From the IMG/VR virus record IMGVR_UViG_3300043399_000788, positions 1 through 64,000 of that record: a stretch of 64,000 bases of DNA; one strand, 5' to 3'. The position numbers and the translations under genes were made by a program. Of this stretch, positions 18,787 to 29,300 are shown piece by piece. The notes under the pieces are model-generated. The model was not told the origin of the DNA, searched no databases, and worked only from the letters and a program-made list of their open reading frames with translations. Position 1 is the stretch's first letter, and each line of letters starts with the position of its first letter. The DNA comes from a virus.

Positions 18787-18826
18787 ATTATATTGCCAAT
18801 AAATATAGTTGGACAATATTTATTGG
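18787..18826. promoter_or_regulatory. Divergent promoter region: palindromic pair of TAAATA late boxes plus a possible sigma70 promoter for the sigma gene
   Basis: CCAATAAATAT (18796-18806)/ATATTTATTGG (18816-18826) inverted repeat; minus strand also reads TTGTCC-N18-TATAAT. Confidence 0.5.
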
Positions 18827-18833
18827 AACTCAC

Positions 18834-20018
18834 ATGGCAGATACTGGACTAAAACTTGCTGCAAAAGACGAATTAACAGCTAGACAACAAGAAATTGTGT
18901 CAAACGCTGCAAAGCAGCTTAACGTTTCTTATAACAATGTTGGATCAGTAATGCTTAGAAATGGCATACCTGAAACAATAAGTGTGCTTGGGGAAAAAGG
19001 AAATTATAATACAGGTCTTGTTCCTCTTTATGGAACGCTATTAAATGATCGAGAAAAAGCGCAGCTTATACAAGATCGTTTAGCTCAAAATGATCAAAAT
19101 TTAGAAAGTTTAAATGGTGTTTCTAACTTACTTGGTAAAAATAAACAACCTACTGTTAGCTCTGCCGGCACAGATCGTGTAAGAGCGGAAACACTAGCTA
19201 ATCCAACTTTTGATCCAAGTAGTAATAGAAGATCAAATGCTGGCCTTCCACCAGGCGCACAAAATATTGGTGGATCTAATTCTCAACCTCTTGTTCGTTT
19301 TTCTAGTTCAGTTGGCGATGATACTAGAGTTAGAATTGTAGTCCCTTCAGGAACATTACAAGGCATTTTGCTTAGTGGTCCAGTATTATCTCCGCTAGCA
19401 TCAACTAATGGGGTATTGTTCCCTTATACACCGAGTATACAATTTACGCATGGCGCTCAATATAATGCTGAAAATCTAACACATAGCAACTATGCTTATC
19501 AATTTTATCAATCAAGCAATACTGAATCGATAAACATTACAGCAACATTTGCATGTAAAAATTCAACAGATGCAGCATACGTTATAGCTGCACAGCATTT
19601 CTTTAGAACAGTAACTAAGATGTTTTACGGCACTGATCCAGAAGCTGGTCTTCCACCTCCTGTACTAAGATTAGAAGGACATGGCGATTATCAATTTGGA
19701 GCACATAATAGAGAAGTTGGTGGGGTACCTGTTGTAATAAACAGTTTTAGTGTTACACTACCAGAAGATGTTGATTACATTACAGCTAACACAAGTCCAG
19801 TTAGTGCAGGGGCTTTTAGAACAGCAGAAGCTGATCCATTTAGAGCAGGACAATTAGATGCTTCTTCGAGCTCACAAACAAGAGTTCCAATAGTACAGCA
19901 GTTTAGTATCACTTGCACTCCGCTATACAGTCGTAAAAGTATTACAAGCGATTTTGGATTTAAAAAGTTTGCAGCAGGTCAACTATTAGCAACATCTAGT
20001 CGCGGAGGATTCATTTAA
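18834..20018 (+). CDS. Baseplate/tail-tube initiator-like structural protein
   Basis: C-terminal tube-like segment GVLFPYTPSI...PPPVLRL.GHG.YQF....VPVVINSFSVTLPEDVDY; first gene of the baseplate operon. Confidence 0.55.
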   Translation: MADTGLKLAAKDELTARQQEIVSNAAKQLNVSYNNVGSVMLRNGIPETISVLGEKGNYNTGLVPLYGTLLNDREKAQLIQDRLAQNDQNLESLNGVSNLLGKNKQPTVSSAGTDRVRAETLANPTFDPSSNRRSNAGLPPGAQNIGGSNSQPLVRFSSSVGDDTRVRIVVPSGTLQGILLSGPVLSPLASTNGVLFPYTPSIQFTHGAQYNAENLTHSNYAYQFYQSSNTESINITATFACKNSTDAAYVIAAQHFFRTVTKMFYGTDPEAGLPPPVLRLEGHGDYQFGAHNREVGGVPVVINSFSVTLPEDVDYITANTSPVSAGAFRTAEADPFRAGQLDASSSSQTRVPIVQQFSITCTPLYSRKSITSDFGFKKFAAGQLLATSSRGGFI

Positions 20019-20317
20019 TGGCACAGTACTTAACCAGCAGTCCTTATTTTAATACAGAAAAATATGGTGAATTTTTAGACACTTTAGTTTATAGACCAAT
20101 TCCAAAAGAAGCCGACGACATTGTTTACACAATTAAACCACAACACGCTTTGCGCCCAGACTTGTTAGCATTCGACTTATATGGAGATGCTAACTTATGG
20201 TGGGTGTTTGCTGTTAGAAATCCAAACACCATTGAAGATCCAATATTTGATTTTCAAACCGGTGTAACAATATTTTTACCAAAATCAACCACACTAAAGA
20301 GAGTATTAGGTTTATAA
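20018..20317 (+). CDS. Baseplate wedge protein, gp53/LysM-like
   Basis: YTI......RPDLLAFDLYGDANLWWVFA.RNP....DPIFDF..G..I.LP pattern. Confidence 0.8.
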   Translation: MAQYLTSSPYFNTEKYGEFLDTLVYRPIPKEADDIVYTIKPQHALRPDLLAFDLYGDANLWWVFAVRNPNTIEDPIFDFQTGVTIFLPKSTTLKRVLGL

Positions 20318-20318
20318 T

Positions 20319-23090
20319 ATGGCAAAGCGTGAAATAACCGCATCAAGTTCTCCAATTGAAATTAAAACAGCGCAAGATCAGATAGCAAAAGCTCAACAAG
20401 AGTTTAAGACGCTGTATCAACAAAAATATGCGGGCAAAGCATTTAACGCTGCGGAGTTACAGCGAGATGCAGCAGCAATTGCATCTAAATACGATTATGT
20501 TGATTACGGTACCCCTCCTAGTGTTGGTAATGAAATTAATATCGGTGGCGACACGTATTTTGTTAAAGGATTGAATAATCAAACTAATTCAGTTTCTCCA
20601 CCTGAAGCAAAAACAACTGTTAATCAAGACGATGCATTTTCTTCTGTTACTCCAAAAACTACAGTTGCTCCTGCTAACCCAACCCCAAAAACAAATAACC
20701 CAAATCAAGCAAAAACTAATCAAAGTACTAACAATAATGTTAACCCAGAACCTGCAACTAACTCCCCGCAAGTTCAACCAGAAACCGCAAGTCAAAGTCC
20801 AGCAAACAAAATTGGAAACAAGGATGCAACAGAAGCAGGTGCAGCGTTAGAAAGAGATTCATTAAAACAAGCAACACAACCACAAAACGGAGTAGTAAAT
20901 CAACAACAAAATGATTTACCAACTACAAATAATTTGCCAGGTAGGTTATCTGATGAGTTTTCCAGTGATCCTGCAACTGTTACTTCTAAGAAGATAAATT
21001 CAGACGATGTTGCATCTGGGCGCCCAATGGGAACATCAATGAATGGATACGGAAATGTAAATGAAAACTTTCCTGATCCAGGTGCAACTAAACCAAACGG
21101 AACAGTTTCAATTGATACAGCTAACTCAGTAAACATTCCAACATCTGCCCCAGGTACAAATAATAAACCAGGAATTACTGAGCGTCCTAATATTTTACAT
21201 GAATACGTTAATTGGACTTATAAACTTGCATGGTATATGCTTGATAGAGACACTTATAATAGTATTGCTAAAACAGGCAACGTAACTGATGGCGTTGGAA
21301 AATTGATTGCAAAAAGCGGCGGGGTAGGCGGAAATAAATCTAACGAGATGGCCGGTGATGTTTATTTTAGAAGTTTACGTTTTACAAGCGTAATAGGTAA
21401 TAGACAAGCTAGTGCAGCTACAAACAATTTTGAATTAGAAATGACAATAGTTGAGCCATATGGTGCAAGTTTAATTGGAGAACTTGCAGCAATGGCAGTT
21501 AATCTTACAGGACAAGGAAATATAAGTCCAAGCGAAGTGCCTTACTTAATAGAAATTGATTTTGCTGGTTACAAAGACGACGGCACTATGATACCAAGCA
21601 TTCTTCAAAATGGTAAAAAATATATACCAGTTAAAATATTAACGGTAGAAATGTCGTTGACATCATCCGGTACAATTTATGTAATGACAATGGCACCGTA
21701 CTCATTTTTTGCAATGTCATCACGGTATGCAGATATGGAGTTTGGTATTACGTTAAAAGGTAAAACACTTTCTGAAATGCTTGGTGATGGACCAGGCGGA
21801 TTAATGGCACAATTAAATTTATGGGAAGAACTAAAAACAAATTCAAGCAAAGTTGCATCAGTTCCTGACAAATACGCTATTGAGATTTATAGTTTTAATA
21901 CAAAAGGTAGTAGAGATCAAGCAATGGCAAGTAGTCCATTTGCATATCCTGTTGTAGAAGGTGATGCTACTATTATGAAAACACGCCCATTTAGCAGCAA
22001 CAGTGTACAAGAAAGCACGTATACTATTCCACGCGGTAGTATTATTAAAGACGTAATTAAGAATATCGTTTTACATTCTCAATATTATAATTTGAGAGTT
22101 GATCCTAAAAATCCATATGATCCAAAACGTGTAGCCGAGTTAATTAAAATTATTCCTGTAATTGAATTACTGCCAGAGTACGACAAAGCACGAAATGAAT
22201 TTGCTAAAAAGATTACTTACAAAGTATTCAATACATTAAACTTTGGTGAAGTTTTACCAGGTGTTGGTAACGCTCCTGTCGAAGACTGGGGATATAGTAA
22301 AACATATAATTGGTTGTTTACAGGAAAAAATGCAGACATTATTGATGCTAACTTAGTATTCAATATGATTTATTATACTAAAATGCAAACTAACGTTACT
22401 GAACAAAATACGATTAAACTTGGACAAACTGCTGACGGGTTGCGTGAATGGGCAGATCAATCAATGTTTAAAAAAGGTATTGCAACTAAAGGTGGCGGAG
22501 TAAGTAGTTCAGGTGCAAACGTTCCTGAAAGATATATTAATGCTACTGTTGCTGCCGAATGGTTTGACTCAAAACTTAATAGCAGCAATACAGATAACGT
22601 TGCATTAGATTTAAGAATAATTGGCGATCCAGATTGGATACCACAAGATGGTAGTTTAAGAGGAGGCGCAATCGAAGTTGGAACAGATTTAGTTGATAAA
22701 CACGGCAGTATTTCCGTTGACGTTGCAGGGGTTTATGTAAAATTGAACCTAAGAACACCACGTGATTATAATGATAAAACTGGTTTGATGGATCTTAAAG
22801 CAGATCAACTTACTATACAAGGTGTTTATCAAGTTATTACCGTAGAAAGTAATTTTGAAGATGGAAGATTTACCCAAACATTAAACATGATAAAAGTTCC
22901 AAATCAAAAAGAAGAAGAATCAGCTAGCTCAGTTAGACAGCGAGAAAATAATATAATGGGACGAGGTGGCGCATTGCCACAAGGGGCAGACCCTGCACTC
23001 TCTCGAGTACCTAGACCTAATGCTAATAATAATCAAGCAGTTAGATTAGGTAACGACTTATTTGGGCCAATTAGCGGGAATTTAAGATAA
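20319..23090 (+). CDS. Baseplate hub-like protein (gp27/late-control D-like) with long disordered N-terminus
   Basis: Position between gp53 and gp5; C-terminal LRIIGDPDWI and GVYQVITVESNFEDGRFTQTL motifs. Confidence 0.6.
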   Translation: MAKREITASSSPIEIKTAQDQIAKAQQEFKTLYQQKYAGKAFNAAELQRDAAAIASKYDYVDYGTPPSVGNEINIGGDTYFVKGLNNQTNSVSPPEAKTTVNQDDAFSSVTPKTTVAPANPTPKTNNPNQAKTNQSTNNNVNPEPATNSPQVQPETASQSPANKIGNKDATEAGAALERDSLKQATQPQNGVVNQQQNDLPTTNNLPGRLSDEFSSDPATVTSKKINSDDVASGRPMGTSMNGYGNVNENFPDPGATKPNGTVSIDTANSVNIPTSAPGTNNKPGITERPNILHEYVNWTYKLAWYMLDRDTYNSIAKTGNVTDGVGKLIAKSGGVGGNKSNEMAGDVYFRSLRFTSVIGNRQASAATNNFELEMTIVEPYGASLIGELAAMAVNLTGQGNISPSEVPYLIEIDFAGYKDDGTMIPSILQNGKKYIPVKILTVEMSLTSSGTIYVMTMAPYSFFAMSSRYADMEFGITLKGKTLSEMLGDGPGGLMAQLNLWEELKTNSSKVASVPDKYAIEIYSFNTKGSRDQAMASSPFAYPVVEGDATIMKTRPFSSNSVQESTYTIPRGSIIKDVIKNIVLHSQYYNLRVDPKNPYDPKRVAELIKIIPVIELLPEYDKARNEFAKKITYKVFNTLNFGEVLPGVGNAPVEDWGYSKTYNWLFTGKNADIIDANLVFNMIYYTKMQTNVTEQNTIKLGQTADGLREWADQSMFKKGIATKGGGVSSSGANVPERYINATVAAEWFDSKLNSSNTDNVALDLRIIGDPDWIPQDGSLRGGAIEVGTDLVDKHGSISVDVAGVYVKLNLRTPRDYNDKTGLMDLKADQLTIQGVYQVITVESNFEDGRFTQTLNMIKVPNQKEEESASSVRQRENNIMGRGGALPQGADPALSRVPRPNANNNQAVRLGNDLFGPISGNLR

Positions 23091-23091
23091 A

Positions 23092-25743
23092 ATGGCATAT
23101 ACAGTAAACAAAGCACAAACAACAAATAATGATAGAAGAACTGGATCGCACATATATCCAGGAACATTCTTAGCTGAAGTTATGCACAATCAAGATCCAC
23201 AAAAAGCTGGAAGATTGTGGGTTTACATTTCAGAATTTGGGTACGATAAAAAAGATCCTGCGTCGTGGGTTGTAGTTTCATACGCTAGTCCTTTTTACGG
23301 TATAAGCCCACACACAGCGCCTGTTCCACCTAGCACAAGTTCTTCAGGGACAGCAATGGGAGGATTTGCAGGCGGACCAAGTGAAGTTGCACAAAGACAA
23401 CAACAGGAACAAGAACAACCAGTAACTACGTATGGTTTTTGGGCTATTCCTCCTGATGTTGGTGTAAAAGTATTATGTACTTTCGTAGAAGGAAACTCTA
23501 CATACGGTTATTGGTATGCAATTGTTCCAACAATTAGTCACAGTATGATTCCTGCAATGGGGGCACCAGACGGCAAAAGTCCAGTTATGGATATCAATCC
23601 GTTATCACCAAAAATTCCTACAACAGAAGATTTAGATTCTCTCGAGCGTCAACCATATCAACCGTTAGTACAACAATTTACTACACAAGGAATTGCAGAA
23701 GATCCACTACGCGGTCCAATTACATCTAGTAGCTTTAGAGAAAGTCCAAGTCGAGTATTTGGTATCAGCAGTCAAGTTACTCCAGAATCTCCTGGTCACA
23801 CATTTGTTATGGATGATGGTGACGCACAGGGCAAAAACAAATTAATACGTTTAAGAACTTCTGGTGGCAATCAAATATCTATGCACGATGATACTGGTAT
23901 GATTTATTTGATAAATGCACAAGGAACAGGTTGGATAGAAATAAGCCCAAGCGGTCAAATAGATGTGTTTGGTGCTGAAGGCATTAACCTAGCAACTCCA
24001 AAGAGTATTAACTTACATGCAACAGAAAATGTAAACATACATGCAGGAAACTGTGTAAAAATTGTTGGCATGAAAGGCACAAAAGTTATGGGCGGCGAAG
24101 AATTGCAGCTACATGGCAAAAAAACAATGATTGAAGGGGTTGATAGTTTACATGTTCACTCCTGTGGTGAAATGATGTATACATCGTATGGTGATATACA
24201 TATGAAGGCATTCAATTACTTCTGTCTAAAAGGTAAGTGTTTTTATTGGAATAGTTGTACAGCTAAAGAAGCAGAACAAGTTCCTCCAGAAAAACCACAA
24301 GACGTAAGTGGTTATCAAACTACTGTTACACGAGCTCCTAGTAAAGAACCTTACAAAGAACACGATAATGGTCAAAGTCAAGGCGGTGGCAGTGCATCAG
24401 CTGGTGGAACAGGTGCTAGTGGCGGCGGCGGAAGCGCAACTGACGCAGGCGGTATGTTTGGTGGAATAACAGGAGGCGGACCAGCAGCACTAAACAATCC
24501 TGTAACAATGTCTAACTTTGCTAATCCAAAAACTACAACTCAGTTAGCTGGCGGAACACTCGCAGGCGCTGGCGGCTTAACAGGATTAGCAGCAATGAGC
24601 GATCCTTCAAGTCCATTTAGGGCAACAGCTAGTGCTGGTATTACGCCAACAAATTCCGTTAGTTCATATGGAATGAACTTTAATGGTGGTAAACCAACTT
24701 CTGTTGCAATTGCACCGTCTGCGACTATTGCTTCTCCTAGTGCAGCTAGAAACACCACGATGCAGGGTGCTGTGAGAACTTCCTCAGGAACTTCCGTATC
24801 ATCAACGTATACAGCAGCTACTACAGTATCCGGTGGACCAGGTGCTCCACTTTATACTAAACCATCAACTATTACTATCAATACTTCGACAACTTCACAA
24901 GTTGGGCCTAATCCAAGTACAACAAGTACTACAACGCAAAACATTGATACATCTACGGCGGCAGCTAACCCTTACTTAGGCAGGGGAGGTCAACAACCAG
25001 TTGGAGCAGATTCTGCATTAGCAAACGTTGAAACACCGGGTCAACAACCAACTGGCGTATTTGGTTCACAGAATCCTGCAGATCAAACATTAACAGGAAA
25101 CACCCCTGCACAAGAAGCAAGCAATGCTCTTGGTCAAATGGGAGGCATGTCGCCAAGTTCAGATCTTCCAGCAGCACCAGGCGGTGGCGGAACAGGATGC
25201 TTCGCACAAGGTGATAATTGTGAAAGACCAGCAGACCAAACCGGTGGAAGTGGCGCACCAGGCGGCAACGCACAGCCAGGTCAAAAGAACTTTACTCCAC
25301 CTGATGAGTTAAAAAATGATCCAGAATTCCAAAAGAAACTTGCGGAGATGAAAGCAAAGTATCCTGGACTAACTGATCAACAAATTTACAACGTAATTGG
25401 TGGTGAATCTGGGTTTAACTTTGCTGCGGTCAACAGCCAATCTGGTGCAACAGGGGCATTCCAATTTATACCTAGTACAGCAGCAGGGTTAGGTTATTCA
25501 ACTGCACAAATACAAGCAATGACCCCAGCACAGCAATTAGGTGTTTACGATCAATATCTAGCATCAAACGGATACAAAGGTGGCGCACTTGGAATTATGC
25601 AAGCTGCGCCAAAATATGCTGGTGCATCCGGTAACACAATTGTTTATCAAAGAGGCAGTGCAGCTTGGAATCAAAATCCAGGATGGCGCGGATCTGACGG
25701 TAACATTACAGTAGATAGTATCAATAGATACTATGGTTACTAA
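23092..25743 (+). CDS. Central spike protein (gp5/VgrG-like) with C-terminal lysozyme/transglycosylase-like domain
   Basis: Gp5 OB-fold (DPQKAGRLWVYI...YGFWAIPPDVGVKVLC.F.EGN), beta-helix region (GHTFVMDD, IRLRTSGG), C-terminal IGGESGFN..A.N..SGATGAFQF. Confidence 0.8.
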   Translation: MAYTVNKAQTTNNDRRTGSHIYPGTFLAEVMHNQDPQKAGRLWVYISEFGYDKKDPASWVVVSYASPFYGISPHTAPVPPSTSSSGTAMGGFAGGPSEVAQRQQQEQEQPVTTYGFWAIPPDVGVKVLCTFVEGNSTYGYWYAIVPTISHSMIPAMGAPDGKSPVMDINPLSPKIPTTEDLDSLERQPYQPLVQQFTTQGIAEDPLRGPITSSSFRESPSRVFGISSQVTPESPGHTFVMDDGDAQGKNKLIRLRTSGGNQISMHDDTGMIYLINAQGTGWIEISPSGQIDVFGAEGINLATPKSINLHATENVNIHAGNCVKIVGMKGTKVMGGEELQLHGKKTMIEGVDSLHVHSCGEMMYTSYGDIHMKAFNYFCLKGKCFYWNSCTAKEAEQVPPEKPQDVSGYQTTVTRAPSKEPYKEHDNGQSQGGGSASAGGTGASGGGGSATDAGGMFGGITGGGPAALNNPVTMSNFANPKTTTQLAGGTLAGAGGLTGLAAMSDPSSPFRATASAGITPTNSVSSYGMNFNGGKPTSVAIAPSATIASPSAARNTTMQGAVRTSSGTSVSSTYTAATTVSGGPGAPLYTKPSTITINTSTTSQVGPNPSTTSTTTQNIDTSTAAANPYLGRGGQQPVGADSALANVETPGQQPTGVFGSQNPADQTLTGNTPAQEASNALGQMGGMSPSSDLPAAPGGGGTGCFAQGDNCERPADQTGGSGAPGGNAQPGQKNFTPPDELKNDPEFQKKLAEMKAKYPGLTDQQIYNVIGGESGFNFAAVNSQSGATGAFQFIPSTAAGLGYSTAQIQAMTPAQQLGVYDQYLASNGYKGGALGIMQAAPKYAGASGNTIVYQRGSAAWNQNPGWRGSDGNITVDSINRYYGY

Positions 25744-25918
25744 GTTTTTCTTGTTCCACATGCATAATAGCTAAACGCATTTGCCAAACAGTATCATTTG
25801 GAATTGCGTTTAGCTTTTCCAACTCATCTACTAAGTCAGCGAGCGACATTTCAATTGGTTGATTGTGGCTATTTTTAAGCAAGTTAAATGTAATTGAATA
25901 AATTCTATCGTTTTGCAT
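25721..25918 (-). CDS. Small hypothetical protein on the opposite strand within the baseplate module
   Basis: 65-aa ORF filling the otherwise empty gap between gp5 and gp25; TAAAATA just upstream. Confidence 0.4.
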   Translation of the reverse strand: MQNDRIYSITFNLLKNSHNQPIEMSLADLVDELEKLNAIPNDTVWQMRLAIMHVEQEKLSNHSIY

Positions 25919-25968
25919 AGTGAGTATTTTATTACAAATAGTACATCTGTCAACTAATAAATAATTTC

Positions 25969-26337
25969 ATGGCACTATATGTTGGGTACTCTACAATTGA
26001 TCAAAACAAGAGCGTTACGTTAACTGACGCCGATTTAATTAAGCGTGATCTAATCAATCATTTCCATATTCGCCGTGGCGAAAAGCTTATGAATCCAAAT
26101 TTTGGTACTATTATTTGGGATAGTATTTTTGAACCGTTTACAGAACAGCTTAAAGTAGCTATCGTTGATGACGTTACACGTATAGCTAGATACGATCCTA
26201 GAGTACAAGTTGATCAAATATTAGTCGATCAGTTTGAGCATGGTATATTAATTGAATTACGTTTGAACTACGTAGCAAGTAACGAAGTTGAAACTTTAAA
26301 ATTAATCTTTGATCGTAACGTTGTTGAACGTTATTAA
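25969..26337 (+). CDS. Baseplate wedge/sheath initiator (gp25-like)
   Basis: LIKRDLINHF.IRRGEKLMNPNFGT.IWD.IFEP...DPRV, typical GPW/gp25 pattern. Confidence 0.9.
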   Translation: MALYVGYSTIDQNKSVTLTDADLIKRDLINHFHIRRGEKLMNPNFGTIIWDSIFEPFTEQLKVAIVDDVTRIARYDPRVQVDQILVDQFEHGILIELRLNYVASNEVETLKLIFDRNVVERY

Positions 26338-26389
26338 AACTCCTGTTTATATTCAAAATAAATAACAATATACATTAGAAAGATCAAAG

Positions 26390-29300
26390 ATGGCTGTTAC
26401 CATTCGTCAATCAAACTTATTTGCCGCAGAAGATTGGAAGAGACTTTATACAACATTTCGTACTGCTGACTTTCAAAGCTATGATTACGAAACTCTAAGA
26501 AAGAGCATGGTGGATTACCTCAGGACTTATTATCCCGAGGATTTCAATGATTACATTGAATCAAGCGAATTCGTTGCCTTACTTGATCTTATCGCATTTA
26601 TGGGTCAAAGCCTAGCTTTCCGCGGTGACCTAAATGCCCGTGAAAACTTTTTAGCAACTGCTGAGCGCCGAGATAGCGTTTATCGTTTAGCAAGTATGCT
26701 TGGCTATAGTCCAAAACGACACATTAACTCTAGTGGCATGTTAAAAATTATTTCAGTAAACACAACTGAGGTATTACGTGACAGCTCAGGCCGTAACTTA
26801 GCAAATCAAACAATTTTTTGGGATGATCCTACTAACTTAGATTGGCAGGAACAATTTACAGCAGTTTTAAATGCTGCTTTGCAGCCAGGTCAACGTGTTG
26901 GTCGTCCAAGCGGTAGCTTAATTGTTGGTGATGTTTTAAATGAACTTTATCAACTTAGATTGCGTCCAAACCTAGTCCCTGTTTTTCCATTTACTGCAAC
27001 AGTAAACGGTACTGCATATCCATTTGAAGCATATAGTATTGGTTTAAATCCAACTAAGGGAATGTACGAAGTTCCTCCGCAAGCTAGTGATAGTTTTGGA
27101 TTAGTATACAGAAGTGATGGAAGAGGAAACGCAAGTAGTAATACTGGATTCTTTATTGGTTTTAAACAAGGTCAATTAAACAATTTAGATTTTACATTAA
27201 CTGAATCGTTACCAAATAGATTAATTGGTTTAAACTTAGAAAATATCAATAATAATGATGTATGGTTGTATGAGTTAAGCGATGCTGGCGGTATTCTAAG
27301 AGAGTGGCGTCAGATTGAAAATTTAAGAGACAGTAACATCATATACAATGCAGTTGCAGAAGAAGAACGTAATCTGTATTCTATTTCATCTAGAATTAAT
27401 GATCAAATAGATTTAATTTTTGGTGACGGAATTTTCTCAGATATTCCCGTTGGTCGTTTTAGAGCAACGGTGCGTGTTAGCAATGGAATAGCTTATAATA
27501 TTCCTCCTTCTGCAATGCAAGGCGTAAATCTAAGCATTGCATATGTAAGTAAACAAAATAGAATTGAAGCTATTACAGTTAGAGCCGCACTTCAATATAC
27601 CGTTAATAATGCTGAAGCAAGAGAAGAAATTAACGAAATCAAAGCTAATGCTCCTCAATATTATTATACTCAAAATCGTATGATTAATGGTCAGGATTAC
27701 AATGTTTTCCCATATACAAAGTATAACGAGATATCTAAAGTTAAATCTGTCAATCGAACAGCAAGTGGCATTAGTCGCTTTTTGGATGTAAAAGACTCAA
27801 CAGGTAAATATTCAAGCACAAATGTTTTCTGCGATGATGGTTATGTTTTTAAAACTAGTGTAACTGAAGGAACAACATTTACTTGGACTAATTTAAATGA
27901 TATTAGAAAATTTATTAGAAATTATATAAGAGAAATTATTAACAGTAAACCAAGTATTCATTTGTATTATAGTGGTTTTACACCTGCAACACTAACTGAA
28001 ACACTTTGGATTAGAGGAACTGCTGAAAGTGGTATTAGCACTGGTTATTTTAGTAACTTAGATTATGTTCCTTGGAAAGCTGGGGAAGCAGCATCAGGTC
28101 AAAGAAGATTAATTAAACCAGGTGCATTAATTAAATTCAATGCACCTGCTGGAGAATTTTTTGATTTAGAAGGTCAGCTAACAGAAGGCGAACCAGCTCT
28201 TGCTGGTGAAACAACTACAAAGTGGGCGAGTGTTGTAAGCGTAATTGAAGATGGATCAAATGCAGGTAAAGGATTAAATGATTCTGGTATTGGTCCAATT
28301 ATTTTAAGCGAAAATATTCCAAGTAGATCAATAGCGAGTTTAATTTACGCCAGCTATAGTACAGAACTTCCAGCTACTTTTGAACAAGAAGTTGTAAGCA
28401 ACATTACTAATAATTTAGATTTTGCTATACGTTACGATGATAGTTCACAAACATGGGTATTAGTTGATGGTTCATCATTTGATATAGATGAAGAATTTGA
28501 CGAAAGTAATTCAAGAAGAAATTGGCTAATTGCTATGATTAACAATGGTAGCACTTACACTGTTTTATCTCGTGGTATTGAGTATATTTTTGGCAGTGTA
28601 CTAGATACACGTTTCTATTTTGATTCAGCTACACGTATCTATGATTCACGTTCAGGAACAGTAATTAAAGATACAATTAAGTTTTTAAAATTTAATGATG
28701 ATCCAAGCGGGGTTGGCACTTTACCACAAGATTTAGCAATGGAAATTTATGATTCACTTTCATATCCTGATGGCTATAAAGATGATACTGTAATAAAAAT
28801 TACATTTGCAGATAGTGATAATGACGGTGTTCCAGACGACCCAACTATTTTTGATTTAGTCGTTGGTGAAGATGCTGAAATTACTGATGTTGATAAGCTT
28901 GTATTTTTAGAAAAATATTTTGATTTTGATAATATTGAGCGATACAGATGGAGAGATACTGCAACTATATCTACAGCATACGGAACTTTTTCAGAGCTTG
29001 AGCTAGAAGGAAAATACAGTAATCCAGTAGGTACAGTATTCTATGCTTATCAAGATCAAAAGTTTTATGTGCTTACGTTAGTTGAAGATATTAGAACACT
29101 GTATGAATCAAGCGACTTTGTTGTTAGAATTGGAAGATCTGATATAAGATTCCAATATAGACACAATAGTCCAAACGATAGACGCATTGATCCAAGTCCA
29201 ACTAACATAATTGACATGTATGTGTTAACTAGTTCTTATGATGTTGAATATCGCAGATATCTAAAAGACATTACAAATACAGTTATAAAGCCAGAACCAA

